A stretch of 61,515 nt of DNA, filler included, from Anaerolineae bacterium (GCA_029262755.1; 7 parts of 7 records of this genome joined end to end with filler, not necessarily neighbours in it), one strand, 5' to 3'; positions 20,489-35,052 are shown, numbered from the whole stretch's first letter. The notes: a model not told the origin generated them from the sequence alone. Translations and numbers: made by a program.

Positions 20489-23400
20489 ATGCGCGCTCGC
20501 CGATCGATCCGGACCTTGCCGTGGCTGGCGCCGCTCGCCTTATTGGCTTGCGGCGCCGCGCTTTACGTTGTCGCCTCGGCGCCGGTATCGATTGAGGCAG
20601 CCGCTCCGGCACAGGACTCGCCCATCCTCGGCGCCGCGCTCACGATCCGCGCCGACGGCACCGCGCCCTGGGAAGATCGTCCCTTCCCCGTAGCGGGCAT
20701 CGGCAACCTCCCCGGTACCCGCGGTATCGCCGATCCCGGCGACGACATCGGTCCGCGCGACGACATCGTGCGCTCGTGGGATGCGGTGACGTACCTTGCC
20801 TCCTTCAGCCTGCGCGGCGGCACGGTCGAGAACCTCATCGCCGAGGTGACGCTGGACGGACCGGCGAGCTGGGAGCCGGCGCAGCTGGCCGCGCTCGACC
20901 TCGCCGGCTGCCCCGGCGGCGCGACGCTCATCGATGGCGGCCGCACCGTCCGCTGCGTCGTGGGACGCGTCCAGACGCCTCCCGCCGTGACGGTCGCGCT
21001 CGATCTCGCCGCGCGCGTGAACGGCGCCGCGCTGCAGGGCGATCCGCTGAACGCGTCGATGACCGTACGCGCGGATGGCGCCCAACCCGACCCCGATCGC
21101 GCGAACTGTCCGACCCCGCGCGACGGCGGCTGCGACGACGTCGCGCCCGAGGTGACGGTCTCCGCCGCGCCGGCCGCCGAGCTGCGCAAGGTGCTCGTCG
21201 CGGTTGCGGCGCGCACGCATGAGGGTGTGTTGGGCCGTGTCATGAGCTGGCAGCTGGAGGCGGTCCTGGGCGCGGACGGCGACGTGCGCGGGAGCTCGGC
21301 CATCGTGGGCGGCCCGTGGACGATGCCCGACTGGTGGCAGATCGGCGGGCCGGGTGGCCGACGGCTCGATCTCGACGTGACGCTCGTCGGCTGCCGAACG
21401 CTGAGCGGCGGCGCGACCTGGACCTGCACGCAGCCGGGCGGGGTCGGATCACCGCTCGAGATCACGTTCGACAAGGTGCCTTCGCCCGCCACCTTGCCCG
21501 GCGGCGCCGGCAACTCGCTGCCGCAGGTTGTGGCGCGTGCTCAGATCGACCTCTGGGTGCCCGAGGCGCAGGTGCTGGCCTCCAACGGCGACGTGACGTT
21601 CCGCAACTGCTTCGCCACCGAGATCGGCGCGCCGGGCCGCGCGCTGTGGCGGCCGATCGACGCACGGGGAGAGCCCAATCTCGGCGGCCTGCTCGAGCCG
21701 GTGGCCAACAACTGCACGCAGGCGATCCTGCCCGTGCCGCGCCGCGAGCCGACGCGCGTGCCACCGCGCAACCCGCGCCCGCCGCCCGGTCGGCCGCCCG
21801 CACCGCCGCCGCCGACGACCGTGCCGACGCCCTTCGTCACGGTGAACAAGGTCTACAAGCCCTTCAGCCTGGGCGCCGCGGTCACGGACGGCACCGAGTT
21901 CGAGTCCGAGGTGCGGGTGACCCTGACGGGTCTCGGCGAGATGTATCACGTGATGGCCTGCGATAAATGGGACAACAGCACCCACGTCCTGCACGACGGC
22001 GGTGTGCGTGGGGCGCGCGTTTGGCGGCGCGACGCCGGCGAGGAGCCCGTGGACATCACGGAGGATCCGCGCGTGATCCTCGAGTTCGCGATGGCGCGCT
22101 GGGGCATCATGCGTCCGTTGCAGGTGCCCGAAGGCCGGATGTGGCGTGAGCAAGCGATGGCCGTCTGCGATGACCAGACGCCCATGAGCTCCGGACGCTG
22201 GCGCCACGTTAGCGACATCGACTTCGAGAACACCAGCAGCGGCGCGCTGAACGCGGAGATGGTCAACCTCGTGCGTGCAAGCTTCCTCGATCCCCTCCCG
22301 GCCGGCACGGACGTCTGGATCGACGTGTCGCTGATCGCCCGTCAGAACCGGCCAGGACAGTGGCTCATGAACTACGGCGCGGCCGCGTGGGGTACCGGCG
22401 CCAACCGGGTCGAGCGCGTGAACGAGTGCTACGGTGCGTTCGGCTCCCGCACCCGACGTGCGTGCCCCGAGCCAGCGCCGGGCGCAACGGGCCGTCCGGG
22501 CGCGTTCGGCGATATGCTCGTCCACGTCGGCGTACCGTTGTGGCTGCAGAAGCGAACCGATCCCACGGTGCCCAACGGCAGCCCCGTGGTGAACGCGGGC
22601 GACGAGGTGACCTTCCTGCTCGACCTCGCGACCCTTCCGCGCCCCGGTGATCCGCCCCGTCCGGAGTACCCGCCCGGCGCTTTCGCGCCCGGTGTCGCCA
22701 TCAGCGACGTGCTCCCGATCGGGTTGATCTACCAGGCGGGCTCCGCGACCATCGCCACGGAAGACTTGGACGGCAACGGCCGGCTGGACCCGGGCGAGGA
22801 TCGCAATCAGAACGGCCGCATCGACCTCGACGCGCCTTTCGAGCCGGCGGTCACCGCCGGACCCTTGCCCGGCGAGATCACGTTGCGCTGGGTCCTCGGC
22901 GACCTGCACCACGGTCTGCGCCTACCGCCGATCCGCTACCGCGCCCGCGCCTCGCGCCTGGTGCGCGGCGGCACGGCGCTGGCAAACATGGCCGCGACCT
23001 GGGCCTCCAACGACCGGACGCCTGGCTGCCGCCCCGGCGAGCGCGACCGCGCCACCGGCCACTGCGCCTGGGCGCAGGTGATCGTAGCCAACATCGCGGC
23101 CGCGCAAGTGGAGAAGGCGCCCGTCTTGCCGTGGGTCCTGCCAGGCGAGCCCTTCGCCTACCGGCTGGCGTTGGCCAACCTGACCGAATGGCCCGTCGAA
23201 TGGTTCGACGCGGTCGACATCCTGCCGCGGGCCGGCGAGCCGCGCTCGCCGGAGTCGCGCATCACGGGCGGCCTGAGCGGCGTGCGCGTGATCGTCCCCG
23301 GTGACGGCGCGCCGATCCAGATCTGGGCCTCCGGCCAGGACCCCGACCAACTCGACACGATGGGCGGCAGCCCGCGTGACGGCCTCGTGGATCCCGTCGC

Positions 23401-24140
23401 CGCCTGGGGCGGGCCGGGCGGCGGCCTCGGCGGGCCGGATTGGCCCTGCCAGCTCAGCCAGGTCGGCGGTGCGCGCTGCCGTGTGATCCCGGACAAGGCC
23501 GCGGTCACCGCGCTGCGCATCTGGGGCGCCGACCCACGCCCCGGCCGCAGCACCCGCCCCGACGAGAGCTTCTTGCCGCCCGGCGAAGCGCCGCGCTTCG
23601 TCGAGGTCGCGCTGACCGCGCCCGGCTCCCAGGTCGGCGATCTGGCGCACAACGCGTGGGGCGGCCGCTTCGAGAGCCTGCCGCTGCCCGTCTTCGACGG
23701 CGCGATCGTCCGCGTCCGCCCGCCGGACACGCCGACGCCGACCGCCACGCCGCTCCCGAGCGCGACGCCGACGCCCACGATCACGCCGACGCCGAGCAAC
23801 ACGCCGACGCCGACATCGACGCCGACCGCGAGCAACACGCCGCTCCCGACCGCGACGCCGACGGCCACGGCAACCGCGACGCCCACGCCCATATTCCGCA
23901 TCTACGTCCCCAACGCGCTGCGCACCGTCTGCAAGCGGCGCGCGGTCGACGCCGTGCTCGTGGTCGACGTCTCGTCGAGCATGCGCCGCGCGGCCGGCGA
24001 CGGCGGCACGAAGCTCGACGCGGTGCTGCGCGCGGCCCGTTCCTTCGTCGACCGCTTCCAGCTCGGCGAGACCAGCGGCCGGATCGCGATCGTCGGCTTC
24101 AACGCGGACGCGTGGATCGAGCAACCCCTCACCGCCGACC
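20489..24140 (+). CDS. Large secreted adhesin-like protein: Ig/DUF11-like repeats, PT linker, IYVP motif, VWA domain (3'-truncated)
   Basis: Signal peptide; SDVLPIGLIYQAGS and VDILP; DLDGNGRLDPGED Ca-binding-like loop; (TP)n; IYVPNALR; VVDVSSSM MIDAS. Confidence 0.85.
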
Positions 24141-24240
24141 NNNNNNNNNNNNNNNNNNNNNNNNNNNNNNNNNNNNNNNNNNNNTTAATTAATTAANNNN
24201 NNNNNNNNNNNNNNNNNNNNNNNNNNNNNNNNNNNNNNNN
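24141..24240. other. Artificial contig-joining spacer
   Basis: N-run + TTAATTAATTAA + N-run. Confidence 0.98.
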
Positions 24241-25051
24241 TGCCGAACTTGATGCCTGCGTATTCGGTGTGGTAGCCCGCGATGATCTCGCTTTCAGCCT
24301 CCGGAAGGTCGAAAGGAGTCCGCTCGATCTCGGCCGTCGTCGACAAGAGGAAGATCACGAAGGCGATGGGTTGAAGGAAGATGTACCACACGCCGGGGAA
24401 GGTCGCTTCCGCACCGGGCAGCGGCAAAGGCCCCTGACCGGCGACCACGGAATTCATCGAGAGCGTGCCGGCGAGAAGGAGTACTCCGACCAGCGACAGC
24501 ACCTGGGGAATCTCGTACGAGACAATCTGCGCCACGGCGCGCATGGCGCCGATCAACGCGTACTTGTTACGCGAGCCCCAACCCGCCATGAAGATCGGGA
24601 TGACCGCAGTCGACGCAATGGCGAAGAAGAACAGTACGCCGACGTTGAGATCGGCCGCGATCAGGTTGCTGCTGAACGCGACCACCGCAAATCCGAGCAA
24701 CGCGGGCGGAACCACGAGGATCGCACCGAGGTTGAATACCCACGCATGCGCTTCCCGCGGCGTAATGTCCTCTTTGGTGAGGATCTTGATCATATCGGCC
24801 AGCGGTACGAGTAGGCCGAAGGGGCCGACGCGGTTTGGTCCCAGCCGATCCTGCATGCGGCCGATCAGCTTGCGCTCTAGCCACGTGGCGTAGAGCATGC
24901 CGACCTGGATTACGAGCACGATCGCGCCGGCTTTCAGCACCGATAGCACGATTACGACCGCCGGTCCGACCCATGCCTCGGGCAGCGCGGCGATCATGAG
25001 CTCTGTAACGCGGTCGCGCAGCGTCAAGCTCTCTTGAAGGAATACGTTCAT
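24241..25051 (-). CDS. nuoH: NADH-quinone oxidoreductase subunit H (3'-truncated)
   Basis: [66 protein letters not shown]. Confidence 0.97.
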
Positions 25052-25175
25052 CGTTGGGCTCCTGCCTCACGGCCGGACGACGGTCCGCGTCCGCGCAGGA
25101 AGCGAGGCGCAACGCGGGGCGGTGGGGCGATTACGAAATGGCGACCGACGTTCAATCGTCGCGACGCGTTATGCG

Positions 25176-25532
25176 CTAGACCCACTCGAGCGCACCTTTC
25201 CGCCATGCGTAGATCAAACCGACCGCAAGGATGCCCAGGAACACGAACATCTCGCCGAGGGCGAATAGCCCAAGCTTCCCATACGCGACGGCCCAGGGGT
25301 ACAAGAATATGGTCTCCACGTCGAACAGGACGAAGATCAAGGCGAACAAGTAGTACTGCACCTTGAACTGCACCCACGTTTCGCCGACGGTCTCGAGACC
25401 GCACTCATAGGTCGACTGCTTGATGGCGCCCGGACGCTTTGGGCGCAGCGCCCAACTCATCCCCAACGCAATCAGTGGGATGCTCAGCGAGAGGAGCGCA
25501 AAAATCGCTACGAAGGCCCAGTTCTCGGTCAC
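25176..25532 (-). CDS. nuoA: NADH-quinone oxidoreductase subunit A
   Basis: TYECG, YYLFALIFVLFDVETIFLYPWA, YAWRKGALEW. Confidence 0.97.
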   Translation of the reverse strand: MTENWAFVAIFALLSLSIPLIALGMSWALRPKRPGAIKQSTYECGLETVGETWVQFKVQYYLFALIFVLFDVETIFLYPWAVAYGKLGLFALGEMFVFLGILAVGLIYAWRKGALEWV

Positions 25533-25581
25533 GAGTCGTCTCCCATGGTCGGGGGGCCGTGCCCCCCGGCAAAGCGCGGCG

Positions 25582-25590
25582 ATTGTAACA
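25582..25590 (-). promoter_or_regulatory. Extended -10 promoter element for nuoA
   Basis: TGTTACAAT on the minus strand, 50 nt upstream of the GTG start. Confidence 0.55.
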
Positions 25591-25682
25591 CAGCCCCGGC
25601 GCTCGTTCCAGAATCAAGACATGGCCGGCCGGGGCTGGTTTTGCGTGACCGTCCAGGCTGCGCGTGTTACTCTCCTCCACCG

Positions 25683-26737
25683 ATGAATACACCCATTCAA
25701 GAGGTAGTGGCCGATCCTCGTGGACGCGCGGCGTCGTCGTGGGACGCCTTTGTCGGCGCGCATCCGCGCGGGCACTTCCTGCAATCCTGGAACTGGGGCA
25801 CGTTGCGCGCCGCCCAAGGGTGGCGGGTTCGCCGGTTCGCCTTGCCCTCGGATTCGGGCAATGACCCCCGCGCTGTCGCGCAGGTGCTCGAGCGTCGTAT
25901 GGCGGGTGGCGTGGTTGCATACGTGCCACGCGGGCCGGTGTGCGACCCGCACGACGTCGCATGGCCGCAGCTGATCGAGGGCCTGCGCACCATTCTGGGC
26001 CGTAAGGCCGTCGTGCTGCGTGTGGAGCCGCATTGGCGCGACACACCTGCGCACCGTGCGGCGCTCACCAACGTAGGCCTTCGCCCTGGGCCCGCGGTCC
26101 AACCGCCGAGCACCCTGCGTCTGGATCTGACCGGCGAACCCGACACGATTCAAGCGCAGATGAAGGCCAAATGGCGATACAACATCCGGCTGGCCGCGCG
26201 CAAAGACGTGATTGTGCGCGAGGTCGGCGCTACGATGCTGCCCACCTTCGAGCGGCTGACGGCACAGACCGCGACACGCCAGGGAATTGCCGCACGCGCT
26301 GCCGGATATCATTCGGCCGTTCACGCGGCGCTCGGCGACGCCGGACATCTCTACGCGGCGGAACATGAGGGGCGCATCCTGGCCATGATCTACGTCGTCC
26401 ATTTCGGCCACACGGCGACCTATCTATACGGGGCGAGCAGCGAAGAGGAGCGCTCGCGGATGCCCAACCACGCGCTCCAATGGGCGGCGATGCAAGCCGC
26501 GCGGGCCGCCGGCCTCCGCGAATACGATTTCTGGGGTGTCCCCGATGCCGTCGGACGGGCTGCGGCGGCCGGGGACGACCCGGATGCCGTTCCGGCCGCA
26601 GAGGAAGGGTTGTGGGGGGTCTGGCGTTTCAAGCGAGGCTTCGGCGGCGAGGTGTGGCGCGCCGTCGGCGCATACGACGATGTGTACGCACCACTTCGGT
26701 ATGCGCTCGGCCTACGGCTGCGAGCGCTGCGCCAACG

Positions 26738-26741
<4 letters not shown>
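25683..26741 (+). CDS. FemABX-family peptidyl transferase (peptidoglycan bridge formation)
   Basis: HFLQSWNWG, YVPRGPV, KAKWRYNIRLA, YLYGAS, YDFWG, GVWRFKRGFGG. Confidence 0.92.
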
Positions 26742-29823
<3,082 letters not shown>

Positions 29824-29934
29824 TGCGGCGTACCCCAACGGCGTGCGCGCCTGACGTCCACGTGCATCCTATGGCCTCGTGCTATGCTGGCCACCGGTCC
29901 GCTGTTGATCGTCGCTGAACCCGGAGACGGAATC

Positions 29935-30330
29935 TTGAGCCGAGACGAGGCCCTAGACACCGACGTCGTATTGCTACGCTACCAACAACGCGCGTGGCGA
30001 CGGTTGCTCGGCGAGCAATCGCGACCCTTCGGTGCGTACGGATGGCAGCCCGCCGCCAACCTCTATGAACTCGATGGCGGCGTGTTGATTCGTGTCGAGG
30101 CTGCAGGACTCGCACCGGGCGATTACCAGGTCGCCGGGCGCGAAAACCGGCTAATCGTCACGGGGGAACGCCGGGTGGACGCTCCACAGGGTGCCATCCG
30201 ATGTCATCGAGTCGAGTTGCCCAGCGGTCGATTCCGCGTGGAGCTCGTCCTTCCGTGGGCCTGTGACGTGCGCAGGGCCGATATCGCCTACGAGGCGGGT
30301 ATCCTTTCCATTCACGTTCCTCGCCCCTAG
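29935..30330 (+). CDS. Hsp20/alpha-crystallin family protein
   Basis: WQPAANLYE, LIVTGER, GRFRVELVLP, YEAGILSIHVP; GGAG RBS before TTG 29935 and TGCTATGCT -10 at 29880 favour this start. Confidence 0.8.
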   Translation: MSRDEALDTDVVLLRYQQRAWRRLLGEQSRPFGAYGWQPAANLYELDGGVLIRVEAAGLAPGDYQVAGRENRLIVTGERRVDAPQGAIRCHRVELPSGRFRVELVLPWACDVRRADIAYEAGILSIHVPRP

Positions 30331-30441
30331 CAGCGCGTCTTCGCGGCCCCTCGGCATTAGGCCGACGCTTCTGTGCAGCCGCCGTTCTTGGAAACGACCA
30401 TGCCCGCGCGCGAATCCCTCCCCCGTCCCTGGAGCGCAGAG

Positions 30442-30541
30442 NNNNNNNNNNNNNNNNNNNNNNNNNNNNNNNNNNNNNNNNNNNNTTAATTAATTAANNN
30501 NNNNNNNNNNNNNNNNNNNNNNNNNNNNNNNNNNNNNNNNN
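30442..30541. other. Artificial contig-joining spacer
   Basis: N-run + TTAATTAATTAA + N-run. Confidence 0.98.
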
Positions 30542-30860
30542 CGGCTCGCTCGAGTTCGACCAACACGTCGACACGCGCCGGCCACTCACCGCTGGACTCC
30601 ACGTGCTCGATTCCAACCTCTACATCGCCCTCGACGACGGCCGGCTCGTCAGATTCGACGTACGGGTGCCCGACTTTCCCGAGGAAGCGCGGATCTTCCA
30701 GCTGCCGGTCGTTCCCTACGGGCCCTCTATGGCCAACGGCACGCTGTGGTTGGCGGGCAGCGCGGGCGGCGTGATGGGGCTGCGGCCGGACGATCCGCCG
30801 TTTGTGCCGACGCACCGGGCGTGGCTGCCCTCGCTGACGGTCGTGCGAGATGGGCGCTAG
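30542..30860 (+). CDS. 3' end of a secreted LVIVD-like beta-propeller protein (paralog of 32710..34926)
   Basis: DDGRLVRFDVRVPDFPEE..LP..P..PSMANG.LW...SAG...LRP aligns to the C-terminus of 32710..34926; ends RAWLPSLTVVRDGR*. Confidence 0.8.
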
Positions 30861-31129
30861 GGGTGCGTTCGCGCGAGGGTGTTGTGGACGTGCACGTCAG
30901 GAGCAGTGGATCGCGACGTTCGGGCGATAACGGTGGCAGGCGTACAGGCCGACCGGATGTGGACGCCGGTCACGTCCGGCGCGCGCTATGGTGCCCGTTC
31001 GGGCTACTTGTCGCGAAGGTGGCGCGATCTAGGCGCGAAACGCCTGCATTCGCGGTGCGCATACGGGCTACGCTTACCCTCGCTCAACCGCCAGCCAGCC
31101 GAGTAATCGCGATGCTATCATGGCCGCCC

Positions 31130-31723
31130 ATGATCGAAGCCTTGCCCGAAGCTCCCTTGATCAGCTCCACCGCGCTCGGACCCTATCGAGTGGACGACTA
31201 TCACGCGCTGCCCGATGAGCCACGGGTCGAGCTAGTCTACGGCCGCCTCCTTCTCGTGACGAGCCCCGTCGTGCGCCACCAGGTCGTCGTCAAATGGTTG
31301 GCGCGCCGGCTCGAGGACGATATGGCGGCGCAGGGAGCTCGGCTTCTCTTCGCGCCGCTGGACGTCCGCCTGGCCGACCACTCCGTCGTCCAGCCCGACC
31401 TATTGCTCGTCCTTCCGGAGCGGGCGTCGATCATCGGCGAGCGTATCGAGGGCGCACCGGACCTCCTCGTCGAGGTAACGTCGCCCAGCACGGCGCGCCT
31501 CGAGCGGGGCGACAAGCTACGGCTCTACGCCGACAGCGGCGTCCGCGAGTACTGGTTGGTCGATCCGGACGCGCGTTCTATCGAGTTCCTCGTGCTGCAC
31601 GAAGGCCGGTGGCTCGTTGCTTGGCCGGACGAGGGCGCCTACCGGTCCGAGGCGATCGACGGTCTGGGGCTCGACGTTTCAGCGTTGTGGGCAGCCGTTG
31701 CCGTGGAGATGGGTGGAGCCTGA
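31130..31723 (+). CDS. Uma2/DUF820 family PD-(D/E)xK endonuclease-like protein
   Basis: ELVYG, SP...HQ, VVQPDL, GAPDLLVEV.SPST...DK..LY...GVREYWLVDP. Confidence 0.93.
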   Translation: MIEALPEAPLISSTALGPYRVDDYHALPDEPRVELVYGRLLLVTSPVVRHQVVVKWLARRLEDDMAAQGARLLFAPLDVRLADHSVVQPDLLLVLPERASIIGERIEGAPDLLVEVTSPSTARLERGDKLRLYADSGVREYWLVDPDARSIEFLVLHEGRWLVAWPDEGAYRSEAIDGLGLDVSALWAAVAVEMGGA

Positions 31724-31752
31724 GTCGCGCGACTCGTCCGACCCACAACTCG

Positions 31753-32538
31753 CTACATCAACCGCCGATACACCTCTTGAAAGCCCCCTGGATCGTCCCC
31801 GCGCCCCTGTAACGTGCCCCAAATGTACAGCGTGCTCGACACCAAGAACCCGCCCACCAGCGCGGTGGCGACCGTCCGTAGTAGCGGGACAGGCAGGCGG
31901 ACATCGTCGACGATCACGTCCAAGACATAGCTGAAGGCAAAGAGCCCGGCACCGATGGCGATCGCGATGGACACCACGGACTCACGGGCTGAGCGGCGGC
32001 CCGATGGCGCATCGTCAACGGCGTACTCCGCGACGTTCTTGACGCGGGACTGAGCCTCCTTGATGGCCGCCCGCAAGCGTTCTTCTTCATCGCGCAGCAC
32101 GTCCTCGGCCGCGCGCTCGTCGCCGTTGTCGCCGGAAAGTGAGGTTTGGTCCGCGTCGCCGGCACCGTCGTCCTGCGTCCTCAGGTACTCCACGACCTCG
32201 GGCGGGACGTGGCCCTGCGCCATCTCGCGGTGCCACGCTTGCAGGCGCAGGCGCTCGCGTGCTTGCAAGACCTGCTCGCGCCGCAAGAGCTCCGTGACGA
32301 TGAGGAGCCACCCCATCACCGTGCACGCCATGAGCACGGAATCCGGCTTGCGCAGCAGGACAATTCCGATCCACGTGAACACGGCCACGGCAATGCTCCA
32401 TGCGAAGGCGTTGCCAAATCGGCGCGGCTGGAAGAAACGGCTTTCCATCGCGACGAGCGAGCGATCCCACTGCAACTGCGATCGCCACAGGCGTGCTTGC
32501 CAGATGGCTGTCTTGTTGGAGAGATCGTTGGGCATCAT
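31753..32538 (-). CDS. Hypothetical membrane protein (about 4 TM helices)
   Basis: AAGGAGG RBS; two pairs of hydrophobic helices flanking a charged coiled segment. Confidence 0.65.
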   Translation of the reverse strand: MMPNDLSNKTAIWQARLWRSQLQWDRSLVAMESRFFQPRRFGNAFAWSIAVAVFTWIGIVLLRKPDSVLMACTVMGWLLIVTELLRREQVLQARERLRLQAWHREMAQGHVPPEVVEYLRTQDDGAGDADQTSLSGDNGDERAAEDVLRDEEERLRAAIKEAQSRVKNVAEYAVDDAPSGRRSARESVVSIAIAIGAGLFAFSYVLDVIVDDVRLPVPLLRTVATALVGGFLVSSTLYIWGTLQGRGDDPGGFQEVYRRLM

Positions 32539-32709
32539 GTCCACCTCCTTCCATGGTTGGTCCGAATGGTACGCGTCAGGAGCGTTCGGGTCGCGTTAGC
32601 TGTTGCGCCCGGCTCCCGGCATACGTCCCCTAGCGAGCGCGCCCGCGTCAGAAGTCTTGTAGGCACAACCGTCACCACCCCAGCCCACGTCGCCGCGATG
32701 GGAGACCGC

Positions 32710-34926
32710 ATGCCCGCTCGTACGATCCGCCCTGTCGTATGTTCGTCGAACCATCGTTCCCGCCAACTGCCACGTCTGACCCTCGCCTCTGCCGTAGCCG
32801 CGCTCGTCGCCGCTGCGATCCTTGCTGCGCCGGCCGGCGATACCAACGCGCGCACAAACGCCGCACCGCTCGAGCCCCAGCACTCCGCCACATCCGTACT
32901 CACCACAACGGCCTCCCCGTATCTCGGTCCGCCCATCGCCAGCGACCTCGATTCCCTCCACGCACGCCGCATCCCCGCGCTCGCATACCACGGTGGTCAC
33001 ATCACCGACCTTGCGATGGAACCCGTGCGTCCGATCGCCTGGGCTGCCCGCGGTGCACGCATTGTGGCCTTGGACGTGTCGGGCAACGACGTGCGGGAGC
33101 TCGGGCAGACGCCGGTACTGCCGGAGGACGGGTTCCGCCTCGCGGTCGGCGAAGGGGTGGTGTTGGCCATGGCGCGGGTGGGCGGATCGGGCGCAGTGTG
33201 GCTGGTGGACGGCCGCGATCCCACGTGGCCGCGTGATGTACGGGCACTGCGCTTGGGCGGCCCCGTCGTCGTGGCGGCGGTTGAAGGCCGCCAGGCCGCG
33301 CTCGTCGTCGACGAAGAACTCATCGTCCTCGATTTCACGCAACTGGATGCGCCCACCGAACTCCTACGCCTCCCCTTCCCTGGCGGAGCCATGCCCCTGT
33401 TCCCTGGCGGAGCCATGCCCGTGCACGATATCGTCATGCGCGACGGGCTCATCGTCGTGGCCATGCACGACGGCGTGAAGCTGATCGACCGCCGCGGCGA
33501 CGGCGAGCCTGCGGTTACGTGGCTGCGCACGAACATCCGGCCACAGCGGCTCGCGATGACGGACACGCACTTGGCGATTGGAAATGTGGACGGCTACATC
33601 CACCTGTACCGGTTGACGGAGGGGCTTCCCGAGCTGGCAGCCGATGTTGAGGCGAATCATGTGTCCAACAACCCGCCGGTCGTCCACTTCATCCTGACGG
33701 ACCGCCTATTGGCTTTCGGTGAGCGGGGCGTGCTCCGAGTGATCGACCTGAGCGACGGTGACGATTACTGGGAGTGGCCGCCGCTCGCCCTGGACGTCGA
33801 TCAGTGGGGAGGCATGGCCCTGATTCCAAGCACCGGCGATGAACACCACGTGCTGGTCTTCGACCATGGAATCCGACGCGTGAGCTTGCCGAAGGCCGCC
33901 GGCGTACCGCCCACGCAGACAATGGACTGGCGGCCGCGCATCGAGCCCGTGTACGGGACGCAGTCGAACGGACGGGATCTGGCGGTGATGAGCCACGAGC
34001 GGCTCTACCAGGTCGACGCGAGCCAACCGGAGAGCCCACAATTCTCCGAGAGTTCGCCGATCAGCGTCGACCCGCGCGGCCGCGGCGGGGCTGCCGGCCA
34101 CTGGCTGTGGGAGAACGACCGCCTTTGGCTGCACGTGATGGCGCACACGAGCTTATATGACATGTCGAACCCGCGCCGACCCACGCGGCCCTACGAGAGC
34201 GTGATCGGCGCACGAGGCCGGGTCGCGCCCCTGGGTGACATGATCTTGGCGATCATGGTGCCGGACTTCGTTGTGACGCATAAGGGAGTCGGGCGATTCG
34301 TCTACCCCGGACGACTGGAACTTGGTGCCTCCGGCGGCGACGTACTGGGCGTTGTCGATGACGTGGCCTGGGTGCACGTGTTCAACAACGGCGGGCGAAC
34401 GGGTACGGACCTCGTCTCGATCGACGTAAGCGATCCAACCAACCCAACCGTTTTGGGCACGTTGGCCCTGACCTCGGCTCCTACGTCGGCAGAGATCGTC
34501 AACAGCCGGACGCTCGCGCTGATCACGGAGCCGCGCGTGCCCGGCGCCGCGGGGGCCGCGCAAAGCGTGCTGCTGACCACCGTCGACATCCGGAATCCGG
34601 AGCAGCCAAAGGCCATCGGCCGCCTGGACTTCGAAAGCGCCACGATCCTCCGCGGCCAGTTCCACGCGTACGTCCATCGCCACCCCAATGGCCTCATGCT
34701 GACCTTCGACGACGGCCGCCTGATCCACGTCAGCCTCAAAGTGCCCGAGTACCCGGAAGAGACCGAGATCGTGACGCTCCCCCACACGCCGTGGCGGCCC
34801 TCCGTGGCCAACGGCATCGTCTGGACCGGCACCTCCGCCGGCGAGCTGATCGCGCTGCGGCCCGCTGGCACGCGGTTCCACGCGACGAACACGGTGTGGA
34901 TGCCCGTTGCACTTGGGGGGCGGTAG
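32710..34926 (+). CDS. Secreted LVIVD-like beta-propeller protein with VWMP tail
   Basis: GGAG RBS; signal peptide; repeated (L/I)D(V/I)S(D/N)P..P..(L/I)G units; ends TVWMPVALGGR*. Confidence 0.8.
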   Translation: MPARTIRPVVCSSNHRSRQLPRLTLASAVAALVAAAILAAPAGDTNARTNAAPLEPQHSATSVLTTTASPYLGPPIASDLDSLHARRIPALAYHGGHITDLAMEPVRPIAWAARGARIVALDVSGNDVRELGQTPVLPEDGFRLAVGEGVVLAMARVGGSGAVWLVDGRDPTWPRDVRALRLGGPVVVAAVEGRQAALVVDEELIVLDFTQLDAPTELLRLPFPGGAMPLFPGGAMPVHDIVMRDGLIVVAMHDGVKLIDRRGDGEPAVTWLRTNIRPQRLAMTDTHLAIGNVDGYIHLYRLTEGLPELAADVEANHVSNNPPVVHFILTDRLLAFGERGVLRVIDLSDGDDYWEWPPLALDVDQWGGMALIPSTGDEHHVLVFDHGIRRVSLPKAAGVPPTQTMDWRPRIEPVYGTQSNGRDLAVMSHERLYQVDASQPESPQFSESSPISVDPRGRGGAAGHWLWENDRLWLHVMAHTSLYDMSNPRRPTRPYESVIGARGRVAPLGDMILAIMVPDFVVTHKGVGRFVYPGRLELGASGGDVLGVVDDVAWVHVFNNGGRTGTDLVSIDVSDPTNPTVLGTLALTSAPTSAEIVNSRTLALITEPRVPGAAGAAQSVLLTTVDIRNPEQPKAIGRLDFESATILRGQFHAYVHRHPNGLMLTFDDGRLIHVSLKVPEYPEETEIVTLPHTPWRPSVANGIVWTGTSAGELIALRPAGTRFHATNTVWMPVALGGR
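33376..33420 (+). repeat. In-frame 24-bp-period tandem duplication (FPGGAMP twice)
   Basis: ttccctggcggagccatgccc at 33376 and 33400. Confidence 0.9.
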
Positions 34927-35052
34927 GCGTCTTCGTAGGAGAGATGCTCTTGCCACGGCCCTCGCGACCGTCCCCGCCGCTCGTCCCACGTCGGATCGCG
35001 GCACCCGCCTTGCAGCGTGAAGCTCCAAACCGGCAAACGAGGAGCGCATTCG

